Part shown: piece after piece, positions 40,255 through 50,890 of the stretch
Layout: each line of letters begins with the position of its first letter
How positions within the stretch are numbered: position 1 is the stretch's first letter
Source of the DNA: an uncultured Pelagibacteraceae bacterium
GTDB lineage: Bacteria; Pseudomonadota; Alphaproteobacteria; Pelagibacterales; Pelagibacteraceae
NCBI GenBank assembly: GCA_902609915.1
Contig: CACLTO010000003.1
Coordinates: 3,806 to 67,805, forward strand
DNA length: 64,000 bases
Reading direction: 5' to 3'
The notes under the pieces: generated by a model
The model's input: the letters and a program-made list of their open reading frames with translations, nothing else
Told to the model about the DNA's origin: nothing
Database searches by the model: none
Position numbers and translations under genes: made by a program

Positions 40255-42462
40255 TTAATACAAGGGATCATCCTGGAAAAAGTTTATCATAGAAACTGGC
40301 TTTTGAGCTAAGATATAACGATATACATTATAGTTCTCCAATACCCTTTGCACATAATTTCTTGTTTCCTTAAATTTGATTAATTCAATCCAATCTACAT
40401 AATCAATTTGGTTCTTTTGTGGATTTTTATTTATTTTTTTCCAATATTTCACTCTTTTAGGTCCAGCATTATAAGCAGCTATTGCAAACGGATAAGCACC
40501 ATCATAATTCAGAATTAAACCGGCTATATAATGAGAGCCTAAATTTATATTATATTCTGCATCCCTTGTTAATCTAGATTTTGAATAAGGAAGCTTTGCT
40601 TGTTTTGCAACTAATTTTGCAGTGTAAGGCATAAGTTGCATCAAACCTTTTGCCCCTGCATGACTGTTAGCACTTAAATCAAATTCACTTTCCTGTCTTA
40701 TAATAGACAGTATAAATGAAGTATCAGGAATTTTTCTTCCATTTATATAATTTGGTGTACTTATGATAGGGTAATTATATTTGTTATGAAATCTTTTTTC
40801 ATAAGATGCAATTTTGGCTATTTGAATAGCAAAATCAAATCTATCAATACTCGTGGCCAATTCAGCTGCTAATATTTCACTGCCATTACCTATATCATCA
40901 TTAGCCAAATGTCTTAAAATATGTTTTGTGTATTTATCTTCATTAAGTTCATCGAGAAGATAAATTATTTTAACTAATTCTTTTTTAGAAAAGTAATTTT
41001 TATATTCTTTTGAAACCTCAACATCTTTAGAAAGCTCAAAAGGTTTATTAGGATTTAACTCCATATAAGCTAATTGACCATAATATGTTGTTAAATAATT
41101 AGCTGCTTTGCCGAACCATTCATTAGCTAATTCATTTTTACCAAGTTTTTGATAACTTTTAGCTAACCAATAAGCTCCTCTTGACGTACTTATAGGGTAA
41201 CCAACATTACTATAAAAATTTTCAAAATGATCTTTTGCTAATAATGGATCATTTAAAAAACTTAATGCTATCCAACCACTCATCCATTCTGCAGCTGCAT
41301 ACTCAGGTCCCTCATCCAAAGCATGATTACTAGCAATTTTATAAGCTAATTCATATTTCTTTTTATAAATTAGCGATCTTGAAATTATTTCTCGTTCAAC
41401 CCACCATTTATCTGGTCTAACCAAATAATCTTTAGTATTTTTTATTTTAACTAAAATTTCAACTGAACTATCAACTCTTCCTCTTTTTCTTCTCCATTTT
41501 AACCTATCATAATTTAAACCTGCATCATTTTTAAATTTAGCTGGAACTTTTGAAATAGCATTATCAACACCGTATGATTTACTCATTAATAGTTGTCTTG
41601 CTGTATAAAGTAATTCGTAATCTTTAGGTAAATATCTTAATAATCTTTTTAGATCCCAATATTTATTATTCCACGCCAAGTAATCTGCTCTTTTAATATA
41701 ATCATCAGCATCGAGATACTTCTTAAATTTTTTTCTATAAAATCTTAATTCTGATTTATTTAGCTCTGCAGTAATCCATCCTTCTTTAATATAGGAAATA
41801 CCTTTTTGTAAATTACCATTGAGAATTATACTTTCTCCAAGTATCATTTTTCCAAAACCACTCAAAGGTTCATCAACACCAAACCAATCTATAATCTTTT
41901 TTGGTGAAATAATGTCTGTAGAAAGTTTATGCTCTGCTAAATATTTTATTCTTCCCAATCTTGGATAATCTTTATTTTTATCTATAAAGGTTTTATAATC
42001 ATAATATGAGGCCTTATTTCCGTTGGTGAGTAGGTGTCTCCATTGTATGAAATTATAGATAGATTTATCCTTAGCTTTTTTTGAAGTTTTAAGTGCATTA
42101 GGCCATTTTACTTGTTTCATTTCTAAAATAGCCTTCTTTGCAATTTCAAAATCCTTTTTGTTATAATATTTAGATTTTTTTGCTATATCAATTTTTTTAG
42201 TCCCAGCAATTAAAGGTTTCTTTTTAGGTAGAATAATACCCAAGTCTTTCTTAGCTTTTAACTTTATTTCTTTTTTATTTTTTTCTACTACTTTTTTGGT
42301 TACTGGTTTTGGTAGAGGTTTCATTACATCTATTAATAATTTTTGATCTTTTTCCTCTTGAGACTGTAGTGGTTTTTTTAGAGGTATTATCTCTGCAGAT
42401 AAAAAAATAGTAATATTAGAGAAGAAAAATAGATTGATAAAAAATATGAATTTTTTTAGCAT
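40255..42462 (-). CDS. Soluble lytic murein transglycosylase (Slt70-like)
   Basis: IIRQESEF, GAKGLMQLMP, AAYNAGP, ETRNYVQRV after a long helical N-terminal region. Confidence 0.95.
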   Translation of the reverse strand: MLKKFIFFINLFFFSNITIFLSAEIIPLKKPLQSQEEKDQKLLIDVMKPLPKPVTKKVVEKNKKEIKLKAKKDLGIILPKKKPLIAGTKKIDIAKKSKYYNKKDFEIAKKAILEMKQVKWPNALKTSKKAKDKSIYNFIQWRHLLTNGNKASYYDYKTFIDKNKDYPRLGRIKYLAEHKLSTDIISPKKIIDWFGVDEPLSGFGKMILGESIILNGNLQKGISYIKEGWITAELNKSELRFYRKKFKKYLDADDYIKRADYLAWNNKYWDLKRLLRYLPKDYELLYTARQLLMSKSYGVDNAISKVPAKFKNDAGLNYDRLKWRRKRGRVDSSVEILVKIKNTKDYLVRPDKWWVEREIISRSLIYKKKYELAYKIASNHALDEGPEYAAAEWMSGWIALSFLNDPLLAKDHFENFYSNVGYPISTSRGAYWLAKSYQKLGKNELANEWFGKAANYLTTYYGQLAYMELNPNKPFELSKDVEVSKEYKNYFSKKELVKIIYLLDELNEDKYTKHILRHLANDDIGNGSEILAAELATSIDRFDFAIQIAKIASYEKRFHNKYNYPIISTPNYINGRKIPDTSFILSIIRQESEFDLSANSHAGAKGLMQLMPYTAKLVAKQAKLPYSKSRLTRDAEYNINLGSHYIAGLILNYDGAYPFAIAAYNAGPKRVKYWKKINKNPQKNQIDYVDWIELIKFKETRNYVQRVLENYNVYRYILAQKPVSMINFFQDDPLY

Positions 42463-42505
42463 AATCTTTTAGTATATGAATCCACAAACTATGTTATAAG
42501 TATTT

Positions 42506-43387
42506 ATGTTCAAAGGATCAAATGTTGCTTTAATTACCCCATTTAAAAATGATGAACTTGATGATGAAACCTACATTAAGTTAATTCATTTTCATATTAA
42601 AAATGGTACAAATGGCTTAGTTCCTGCTGGAACAACTGGGGAGTCCCCAACTTTAAGCCATGATGAGCATGAAAGAGTAATTGATTTATGTGTCAAGGAA
42701 AGCAATGGAAAATTACCTGTATTTGCTGGCACCGGCTCAAATTCTACTGAGGAAGCAATTTCATTAACTGCTCATGCAGAAAAAATGGGAGCAAACGGAG
42801 CTTTAATTGTTACTCCTTATTATAATAAGCCTACTCAAGAAGGACTTTATCAACATTATAAAGCTATAAATGATAAATGTGGAATTCCAATTCTTATTTA
42901 TAATATCCCAGGAAGATCAGTGATAGATATGTCAGTTGAAACAATGGCAAGATTATTTGAATTAAAAAACATTATTGGTGTTAAAGATGCTACTGGAGAT
43001 CTGACTAGAGTTGATAAAACACTTAAAAAATTAGGAAAAGATTTTATTCAACTCACTGGAAATGATGATAATGCTTTCGAATTTAATAAAAAAGGTGGGG
43101 TTGGGGCTATAAGTGTTACGGCTAATATCGCTCCAAAACTTTGCTCTGACTTTCAAAGATTATCAAAATCAAACAATGATAGTGAAATTAAAGAAGCTGA
43201 AAGACTGAATAAAATATTACAACCAGTCCATCATGCAATGTTTGTTGAAAGCAATCCAAGTCCAGTTAAATATGCAGCAAAATTAATGAAACTATGTGAT
43301 GATGATGTAAGATTACCATTAGTAAAAGTAACAAATTCAACTAAAGAAATTGTCAAAAAAGCTATCGAAATAGCCAATTTAATTTAA
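42506..43387 (+). CDS. dapA: 4-hydroxy-tetrahydrodipicolinate synthase
   Basis: ALITPF, GTTGES, PYYNKP, YNIPGRS, GVKDATG. Confidence 0.98.
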   Translation: MFKGSNVALITPFKNDELDDETYIKLIHFHIKNGTNGLVPAGTTGESPTLSHDEHERVIDLCVKESNGKLPVFAGTGSNSTEEAISLTAHAEKMGANGALIVTPYYNKPTQEGLYQHYKAINDKCGIPILIYNIPGRSVIDMSVETMARLFELKNIIGVKDATGDLTRVDKTLKKLGKDFIQLTGNDDNAFEFNKKGGVGAISVTANIAPKLCSDFQRLSKSNNDSEIKEAERLNKILQPVHHAMFVESNPSPVKYAAKLMKLCDDDVRLPLVKVTNSTKEIVKKAIEIANLI

Positions 43388-43857
43388 TGAATAGAAAAAC
43401 CAATAATGGTTTAAAGATTATTTGTCTAAATAGAAAAGCAAGTTTTAATTATTTTTTTGAGGATTTATTAGAAGCTGGAATTGTCCTTAAAGGTTCTGAG
43501 ATCAAATCTATTAGAGAAGGAAAAGTTAATATTGCCGACTCGTACGCTGTCGAAAAAAATGGAGAATTAATTTTAATTAATTCTCACATTGCATCATACA
43601 AGCAAGCGAGTTACTCAAATCATAAACCGTTGGATAACAGAAAACTTTTGTTAAATAAAAAGGAAATAAATAAGCTTATAGGCAAAATACAAAGAGATGG
43701 GTTAACAATCATACCAACAAAAATGTATTTTAAAAAAGGAAAAGCCAAAGTTGAACTTGCTGTTGCTAAAGGAAAAAAACAATATGATAAGAGAGCTACA
43801 AAAAAGAATAGAGACTGGAGTAGAGAAAAAGCAAGATATGTCAGAAGATCAAGTTAA
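43387..43857 (+). CDS. smpB: SsrA-binding protein
   Basis: [31 protein letters not shown]. Confidence 0.98.
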   Translation: MNRKTNNGLKIICLNRKASFNYFFEDLLEAGIVLKGSEIKSIREGKVNIADSYAVEKNGELILINSHIASYKQASYSNHKPLDNRKLLLNKKEINKLIGKIQRDGLTIIPTKMYFKKGKAKVELAVAKGKKQYDKRATKKNRDWSREKARYVRRSS

Positions 43858-44335
43858 ATCTATATACCTGGGCATAGGTTCAAATTTAGGTAATAAACTT
43901 ACAAATATTGAAAAGACCAAGTTTAGTTTAATTACCGATAATATTAGAATATTAAAGTGCTCAAGTTATTATGAAAGTTTATCATGGCCTAACCCAAATA
44001 ATCCAAAATTTTTAAACATAGTTTTAGAAATTGAAACTGCTTTTGATCCCTTAGAGTTGTTTAAAAAGTGCAAGAAAATTGAGAGGAAATTAGGTAGAAA
44101 GAAATCGCCAAAAAACTCTCCTCGCGAATGTGATATTGACATAATAGATTTTAGAAATAAAAAAACTACTGGGGATTTGATTTTACCTCATCCTAGAATG
44201 AATACTCGTAATTTTGTTCTTTTACCGCTCTTTGAAATCAATAAAGATTGGAAACATCCAACCCTAAAAGTTAATATTAAAGAATTAATATCTTCTTTAC
44301 CAAATAGTGACATAAGATCTATTAAACAAATTTAA
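43838..44335 (+). CDS. folK: 2-amino-4-hydroxy-6-hydroxymethyldihydropteridine diphosphokinase; start ATG 43838
   Basis: [35 protein letters not shown]. Confidence 0.96.
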   Translation: MSEDQVKSIYLGIGSNLGNKLTNIEKTKFSLITDNIRILKCSSYYESLSWPNPNNPKFLNIVLEIETAFDPLELFKKCKKIERKLGRKKSPKNSPRECDIDIIDFRNKKTTGDLILPHPRMNTRNFVLLPLFEINKDWKHPTLKVNIKELISSLPNSDIRSIKQI

Positions 44336-44354
44336 ATAAGTGGTATAGTGAACT

Positions 44355-46100
44355 ATGTTAAATTCTGAAGAATTAATAAATAAAGTAAAAATATATAATA
44401 AGTTTTTTAATCCAGAAAAACTTAATAAAGCCTATGACTTTGCTGTGAAAGCCCACATCAATCAAAAGAGAGCATCTGGAGATCCATATTCTGTTCATCC
44501 TATAGAAGTTGCTAATATTTTAACCGATTTAAAATTAGATAGTGCAACAATAACGACAGGTTTGTTACATGATACAATTGAAGACACTTACGCAACATAT
44601 GAAACTATAAAAGGAGAATTTGGATTAGAAGTTGCTGATTTAGTAGATGGAGTCACAAAAATTTCTGTGTTTGAAAATACTGCTTCATCTAATTCAAAAG
44701 CTGAAAATTTTAGAAAATTGATTTTAGCTACATCGAAAGACATTAGAGTTTTATTAGTTAAAATCGCAGATCGGCTTCATAACATGAGAACAATCAAGGC
44801 TATCACAAAAGAAGACAAAAAAAAAAGAATTGCTCAAGAAACAATGGAAATTTATGCTCCTCTAGCAGATAGAATGGGTATGCACAGAATAAGAGATGAA
44901 CTTGAAGATTTATCTTTTGAAATCCTAAATAATGAAGCCAGACTATTAATTCAAAAAAGACTCGATGAAATTAAATCAGATAAAAAAGATATTTTTGAAA
45001 GTATATCTAATGAATTTAATCAATTGTTAATTTCTAATAATATTAAATCAAAAATATATGGTAGGGAGAAAACACCTTTTTCAATTTGGAGAAAAGTTCA
45101 AAAAAAAAGAGTTTCATTAGAACAAATTACCGACATTATAGGATTTAGAATTATTGTTGATGATATAGAGGAGTGTTATAAATCTTTAGGAATTATTCAC
45201 AAAGAATATAATTGTATACCTGGTAAGTTTAAAGATTATATTTCCTCTGCAAAAATTAATGGATATAAATCAATTCACACTTCTGTAATTGGTTCTTATA
45301 AGAAACCTGTTGAAATTCAAATAAGAACAAATCAAATGCATGAATTTGCTGAAAGAGGTATTGCATCTCACTGGCAATATAAATCCTCAGAAAAGTTCAA
45401 TTCATTAACTTGGAAAGAGTATGATTGGTTGAAAGATTTAGTCGAGATTATAGAAAAAAATGAAAATCCAGAGCATTCATATGAATATACAAAGCTTCAA
45501 ATGTTTCAGGAAAATGTCTTTTGCTTCACTCCAAAAGGCTCTGTGATTAAGTTACCTAAAGATGCTACTGCAATTGATTTTGCTTATGCTGTGCATACAA
45601 AAATTGGTGATACAGCAACTGGTTGCGAGGTAAATGGTAATAAAAGTGACCTTCAAACTATTTTAAGAAACGGTGATAGAATTAAAATTATTACATCCAA
45701 AAATCAATCACCTTCGTTGCACTGGATCCCAACTACAAAAACAGGGAAAGCTAGAGCTGCTATAAGAAGATATTGGCATGATAGAGGTGAAAAAAAACAA
45801 GAAACTCTTAAAAAATATAACACCACACTATGGATTTCTTTACCTGATAAACCTGGTCAATTAGGTAATGTAAGTTCTTTAATTGGAGAACATAAGCTAA
45901 ATATTTCTAACTTAGTTATGGCTGGAAAGACACCTGATTACATTAACTTTAAATTTCAACTAATAATTAGAGATTTAAAAAATTTTACTAATTTTATTGC
46001 AGAGCTTAAGCAAAAAGGTATAAAATTTAAGATAATAAGACACGAAGATAAAAGAAATGCTTTCACACAAAAAATCCTTAGATATTTTAAGAAAGACTAA
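44355..46100 (+). CDS. spoT: Bifunctional (p)ppGpp synthetase/hydrolase with a compact C-terminal region
   Basis: LLHDTIED hydrolase motif, KIADRLHNMRT, FKDYIS...GYKSIHT, EIQIRT, TGS (IDFAYAVHT), ACT (DKPGQL). Confidence 0.96.
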   Translation: MLNSEELINKVKIYNKFFNPEKLNKAYDFAVKAHINQKRASGDPYSVHPIEVANILTDLKLDSATITTGLLHDTIEDTYATYETIKGEFGLEVADLVDGVTKISVFENTASSNSKAENFRKLILATSKDIRVLLVKIADRLHNMRTIKAITKEDKKKRIAQETMEIYAPLADRMGMHRIRDELEDLSFEILNNEARLLIQKRLDEIKSDKKDIFESISNEFNQLLISNNIKSKIYGREKTPFSIWRKVQKKRVSLEQITDIIGFRIIVDDIEECYKSLGIIHKEYNCIPGKFKDYISSAKINGYKSIHTSVIGSYKKPVEIQIRTNQMHEFAERGIASHWQYKSSEKFNSLTWKEYDWLKDLVEIIEKNENPEHSYEYTKLQMFQENVFCFTPKGSVIKLPKDATAIDFAYAVHTKIGDTATGCEVNGNKSDLQTILRNGDRIKIITSKNQSPSLHWIPTTKTGKARAAIRRYWHDRGEKKQETLKKYNTTLWISLPDKPGQLGNVSSLIGEHKLNISNLVMAGKTPDYINFKFQLIIRDLKNFTNFIAELKQKGIKFKIIRHEDKRNAFTQKILRYFKKD

Positions 46101-46644
46101 TGCATTATTAGAAGGTCATTTTGTTTTATCCTCTGGTTTACATTCCTCAAAATATATTCAATGTGCTAAACTTCTAAGTTTTCCATCAAAAGCCGAAAAG
46201 ATATGCAAATCATTAGCTGCTAAAATAAAAAAAAATTTTAACAAATTCGATCTTATACTGGCTCCAGCAATGGGTGGTATTATTATAGGATATGAAATCG
46301 GTAAGATTTTAAAAAAAGAAACAATCTTTTGTGAAAGAGTTAAAGGTAAATTTATTTTAAGAAGAGGTTTTAGGATTAAAAAAGGATCTCGAGTATTAAT
46401 CATTGAAGATGTGATTACAACCGGTAAATCAAGTATTGAATGTGTAAAATTAATTAATAAATCAAAAGCTTCTCATGTAGGTTTTGCCTCTATTATAGAT
46501 AGATCTTCAAAAAAAACACTCAAGATAAAAAAAAAAATAATCTCACATTTAAAAATCAATGTGCCAGTTTATAAGTCAAATAAATTACCTGAGGAATTAA
46601 AGTCAATTCCTATATCAACACCAGGAAGTAGATTTATTAAGTGA
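46057..46644 (+). CDS. pyrE: Orotate phosphoribosyltransferase
   Basis: GHFVLSSGLHS, PAMGG, IIEDVITTGKS. Confidence 0.95.
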   Translation: MLSHKKSLDILRKTNALLEGHFVLSSGLHSSKYIQCAKLLSFPSKAEKICKSLAAKIKKNFNKFDLILAPAMGGIIIGYEIGKILKKETIFCERVKGKFILRRGFRIKKGSRVLIIEDVITTGKSSIECVKLINKSKASHVGFASIIDRSSKKTLKIKKKIISHLKINVPVYKSNKLPEELKSIPISTPGSRFIK

Positions 46645-47360
46645 AACGTTTGGGTGTAAATATCGATCATGTGGCAACTATAAGAAATGCTAGGGGTGAA
46701 TTTCATCCTGATCCTTTTGAAGCTGCATTATTTGCAAAAAAAAAAGGCGCAAACTCAATTACTATTCATTTAAGAGAAGATAGAAGACATATAAACGATA
46801 AAGATGCAAAAAAAATTTGCTCAATAGATAATCTTTTTGTAAATTTAGAAATCTCAACAAATAATAATATTGTTAAAAATGCATTGAAGATCAAGCCAAA
46901 GTTTGTCTGTATTGTTCCAGAAAATAGAAATGAAATAACCACCGAAGGTGGTTTAGAACTTAAACGTAATAAAAAAAAAATTAAAAAGATAATTTCATTA
47001 TTTAAAAATAAAAAAATTAGAACAAGTTTATTTATAAATCCCAACATAAAGGATATTAAATTATCAAAAGAAATTAAGACCGATTGTATTGAAATTCATA
47101 CTGGAAATTTTTCAAACTTAGTCAAATCTAAAAGAAATTTTACCAAAGAATTTTTAAAAATAAAAAATTGCTCAGTATTAGCTACTAAAATGGGTATAGA
47201 AGTTCATGCTGGACATGGCTTAGATTATAAATCAACAAAAATATTAAGAAAGATTAAAGAAATTAAAGAATTTAACATTGGCCATTTTATAATTGGTGAA
47301 TCTATTTTTTATGGTTTGGCATATGTAATAAGAAAATTTAAAAAATTAATTAGAGATTAG
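46641..47360 (+). CDS. pdxJ: Pyridoxine 5'-phosphate synthase, GTG start
   Basis: LGVNIDHVATIRNAR, HLREDRRHI, TTEGG, AGHGL, NIGH. Confidence 0.98.
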   Translation: MKRLGVNIDHVATIRNARGEFHPDPFEAALFAKKKGANSITIHLREDRRHINDKDAKKICSIDNLFVNLEISTNNNIVKNALKIKPKFVCIVPENRNEITTEGGLELKRNKKKIKKIISLFKNKKIRTSLFINPNIKDIKLSKEIKTDCIEIHTGNFSNLVKSKRNFTKEFLKIKNCSVLATKMGIEVHAGHGLDYKSTKILRKIKEIKEFNIGHFIIGESIFYGLAYVIRKFKKLIRD

Positions 47361-47361
47361 T

Positions 47362-47754
47362 ATGAAAATATTAGGTATTGGAGTAGATATAATTAATACT
47401 CAAAGGATTAAAAGATCAATCAAAAATAAAAAATTTCTTATAAGATTATTCACTACAGTTGAAATAAATAATTCAAAAATTTTGAAAGACAAAGCCATGT
47501 ATTTTTCAAAAAAATTCGCCGCAAAAGAATCTTTATCTAAGGCAATAGGTACTGGTTTTAGAAAAGGTTTGAATTTTAAAGATATTGAAATTTTAAATAA
47601 TAAATTTGGAAAACCATATTTTAGATTAAGCAAAAAGACTAAAAATATAATTTTTAAAAACTTTAAAGTAAAAAATTTTGATTTGTTTCTTTCAATTTCA
47701 GATGAAAAAGATTATTCAGTAGCTTTCACTATAATACAAACAAGAAATGTTTAA
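47362..47754 (+). CDS. acpS: Holo-[acyl-carrier-protein] synthase
   Basis: GIGVDI, FAAKESLSKAIGTG, GKP, LSISDE. Confidence 0.96.
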   Translation: MKILGIGVDIINTQRIKRSIKNKKFLIRLFTTVEINNSKILKDKAMYFSKKFAAKESLSKAIGTGFRKGLNFKDIEILNNKFGKPYFRLSKKTKNIIFKNFKVKNFDLFLSISDEKDYSVAFTIIQTRNV

Positions 47755-48481
47755 TAAACAATTTTTTATAGAAAACTTTAAAACACTTATATATGCATTA
47801 ATTATTGCATTAATAATAAGGTCTTTAATCATTCAACCATTTTATATTCCGTCTTCTTCCATGGAGCCAAATTTACTTGTAGGAGATAGGCTTTTTGTTA
47901 CAAAGTATTCTTATGGGTATAGCAAACATTCTTTCCCATTTAGCCCGCCTATATTTAAAAATAGATTTTTTTTTAGTGAACCTGAAAGAGGTGACGTAAT
48001 AGTATTCAAAACACCTGCTGATAATAGAACTGATTATATAAAAAGATTACTTGGTCTACCTGGTGACAAAATTCAATTTATAGACTCTAACTTGTATATC
48101 AATTCTAATGAAATTTTTAAGTCACGTGTTTCCAAAAGCGATACAATTTATTGTGGCGACAGTAAAATAGACGTTTCAACTTTTGAAGAAAAATTACCAA
48201 ATGGAAAAATATATAAAACTGTATACCTTAAGAACTTTACATTTAAAAATTCTGATGTTTTTACTGTGCCAGATGAACACTATTTTTTTTTAGGAGATAA
48301 TAGAGATTGCTCAAAAGACAGTAGATTTTTAACAAGTGTAGGTTATGTGCATAAAGATAATATAGTTGGTAAAGCTCAATTCATTTTTTTTTCTTCCGAT
48401 AGGTCTATTGGTAGCATCTTTACTTTTTGGAGATGGAACAAATCTATACGTTTTGATAGATTTTTTAAAAATATTATTTAA
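47747..48481 (+). CDS. lepB: Signal peptidase I
   Basis: IPSSSMEP, YIKRLLGLPGD, GDNRDCSKDSR. Confidence 0.98.
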   Translation: MFNKQFFIENFKTLIYALIIALIIRSLIIQPFYIPSSSMEPNLLVGDRLFVTKYSYGYSKHSFPFSPPIFKNRFFFSEPERGDVIVFKTPADNRTDYIKRLLGLPGDKIQFIDSNLYINSNEIFKSRVSKSDTIYCGDSKIDVSTFEEKLPNGKIYKTVYLKNFTFKNSDVFTVPDEHYFFLGDNRDCSKDSRFLTSVGYVHKDNIVGKAQFIFFSSDRSIGSIFTFWRWNKSIRFDRFFKNII

Positions 48482-49146
48482 TGAAAATAGATTATTTAAA
48501 ACTTGAAAAAAAAATTAATATTAAGTTTAAGAGTAAAAGTTTACTAATAAGAAGCCTTACCCATAAAAGCTATAACAAGGTTAATAATAATGAAAAAATA
48601 GAATTTTTAGGTGATAGAGTTCTTGGCTTAGTTATAGCTAAAAAACTATTAGAGATATACCCTGACGAAAAAGAGGGAATTTTAGACAAGAAGTTTGCTT
48701 CTTTAGTTAATAAAAAAACATGTTTGCAAATAGGTAAAAATATAAATTTGCAAAATTATATTTTAGTTTTTAATCCAAAAAATAAGTCAATTAAGATAGA
48801 AGATAAAGTGATTTCTGATAGCTGTGAAGCTTTAATAGGAGCTATCTATTTGGACAAAGGGTTTAATATATCAGAAAAAACAATTTTAGATTTATGGAAA
48901 GACAAAATCAAAGAGAGCGTCATAACCCAAGTCGATCCGAAAACTAAACTTCAAGAATTTTCTTTAAAAAAATTTAAAAGATTACCTACCTATAAGATTA
49001 TATCAAACACTGGACCGAGACATAGACCTTTGATCAAGGTAGCTGTTAAATTACCAAATACCAAATTTTATAATGGAAAGGGAAATTCTAAAAAAGAGGC
49101 AGAACAACAAGCTGCATTGCTTTGTTTAGATAATAACTCAATATAA
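48481..49146 (+). CDS. rnc: Ribonuclease III
   Basis: NEKIEFLGD, DSCEALIGAIYLD, dsRBD (DPKTKLQE...SKKEAEQ). Confidence 0.98.
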   Translation: MKIDYLKLEKKINIKFKSKSLLIRSLTHKSYNKVNNNEKIEFLGDRVLGLVIAKKLLEIYPDEKEGILDKKFASLVNKKTCLQIGKNINLQNYILVFNPKNKSIKIEDKVISDSCEALIGAIYLDKGFNISEKTILDLWKDKIKESVITQVDPKTKLQEFSLKKFKRLPTYKIISNTGPRHRPLIKVAVKLPNTKFYNGKGNSKKEAEQQAALLCLDNNSI

Positions 49147-49826
49147 TGTTTTGGAACGATACAGGCTTTTTATTATCAAAAAATAGATATAATGAAAATT
49201 CAATTATTTCAGAATTTTACACTAAAAACCACGGAAAAATATCAGGTTTAGTTTTTGGAGGAACTTCGAAAAAAATTAGAAATTATCTTCAAATTGGAAA
49301 TCAGTTGCATATAAATTTTAATTCAAAGTCAGACACTAAGATGGGTTATTTAAAATTAGAAATTCAAAAAGTTCTATCACCTATTTATTTTGAAAATCAC
49401 CAAAAACTCTCTTGTTTAACATCATCAATGAACCTTATCCGTTTATTGACGGCAGAAAACCAAGCTAACATAAAGATATTTAATCTTATCGAAAAATTTT
49501 ATTCTATAATTTCAAAGGATTTATGGTTAAAAGATTTCATTTTTTGGGAACTTGAATTTCTAAAAACTTTAGGATTTGATTTAGAGTTAGACAATCTAGC
49601 TTCCAAGGAATTTGTTGATGATAAAATTATTTACGTGGTAAAATCCAAAATTGAAAAAAAGATCATACCAAATTTTTTAATCGATAAAGAAATTGTTGTT
49701 ACTGATATTCATACGCTTTTAAAAGGTGTAAATTTAGTTAGTGATTTTCTAGAAAAAACTATTTTAAAACCTAATAATTTAAATTATCCAGTAAGCAGAA
49801 CTCAGTTTATAAACACATTAAAGTGA
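49146..49826 (+). CDS. recO: DNA repair protein RecO
   Basis: MFWNDTGFLL, HGKISGLV, WELEFLKTLGF; position after rnc. Confidence 0.88.
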   Translation: MFWNDTGFLLSKNRYNENSIISEFYTKNHGKISGLVFGGTSKKIRNYLQIGNQLHINFNSKSDTKMGYLKLEIQKVLSPIYFENHQKLSCLTSSMNLIRLLTAENQANIKIFNLIEKFYSIISKDLWLKDFIFWELEFLKTLGFDLELDNLASKEFVDDKIIYVVKSKIEKKIIPNFLIDKEIVVTDIHTLLKGVNLVSDFLEKTILKPNNLNYPVSRTQFINTLK

Positions 49827-50816
49827 TTAAGGTAAAATATCATTTAACCTATCAGCGTAATAACTAACTATAGCATTAGCTCCTGCTCTTTTAAAACTCA
49901 TCAAATTTTCAAATATGGCTGCTTTTTTGACTATTTTTTTGTTAATTGCATTAGCTAACATGCTGTATTCTCCTGAAACTTGATACGCAAAGACTGGAAT
50001 TTTAAAATTATTTTTTATTGTTCTTATAATGTCTAAATAGGGTAGACCAGGTTTTACCATAACCATATCTGCACCTTCTCTAATGTCTAAAGCCACTTCT
50101 CTCAAGGCTTCATCACTATTTTTAAAATCCATTTGATATGTTTTTTTATCACCTTTTAAAGAAATCTTAGAACCAACGGCATCTCTAAAAGGGCCATAAA
50201 AATTAGATGCATATTTTACTGCGTAAGACAATATTTGAACATTTTTAAAATTTTTTTTATCTAAAGCATTCCTAATTTTTCCAATTCTTCCATCCATCAT
50301 ATCTGATGGTGCTAACACGTCACAACCCATCTCAGCTTGTAACAGAGATTGACCAATCAAAATATCTATAGTTTCGTCATTTAAAACATATCCAGAATTT
50401 AAAATACCATCGTGTCCGTGATTTGTGTATGGATCTAGAGCAACGTCACACATAATTCCAATTTTATTTTTATATCTCTTTTTTATGTATCTAATAGCTC
50501 TACAAACTAAATTATTTTCATTTAAAGCTTCATTACCAAAAGGATCTTTTAATTTTTTTGATAAATTTGGAAATAGAGCAACCATTGGTATCTGGTTATT
50601 AATCGCTCGATCTATAATTTTTCCTATTCTATCTATTGTATATTTATAAACATCAGGCATCGATTGAATTGGTTGAATTTTATTTTTTCCCTCGATTAAG
50701 AAGATTGGAAGTATAAAATCACTTGCACTTAAATTATTTTCTGCCACAAGTCGTCTACTCCAACTGTTTTTTCTACTTCTTCTAAGTCTTAAACTGGGAT
50801 ATTTTCCTGTAATCAT
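49827..50816 (-). CDS. hemB: Porphobilinogen synthase; start MITGKY at 50816
   Basis: DVALDPYTNHGHDG (Asp-rich, non-Zn type), PSDMMDGR, MVKPG, AYQVSGEY. Confidence 0.98.
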   Translation of the reverse strand: MITGKYPSLRLRRSRKNSWSRRLVAENNLSASDFILPIFLIEGKNKIQPIQSMPDVYKYTIDRIGKIIDRAINNQIPMVALFPNLSKKLKDPFGNEALNENNLVCRAIRYIKKRYKNKIGIMCDVALDPYTNHGHDGILNSGYVLNDETIDILIGQSLLQAEMGCDVLAPSDMMDGRIGKIRNALDKKNFKNVQILSYAVKYASNFYGPFRDAVGSKISLKGDKKTYQMDFKNSDEALREVALDIREGADMVMVKPGLPYLDIIRTIKNNFKIPVFAYQVSGEYSMLANAINKKIVKKAAIFENLMSFKRAGANAIVSYYADRLNDILP

Positions 50817-50890
50817 AATTAAATTATATTTTATTAATGCGACAAATGTAATATACACATATATAATAAAAAAGGTACAAAACAACCGCG

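Noticed and set aside
40160-40260. tRNA-Ser as a genomic-island integration site
   Set aside because: No integrase and no duplicated tRNA 3' end were seen; the convergent slt gene ends 3 nt away.
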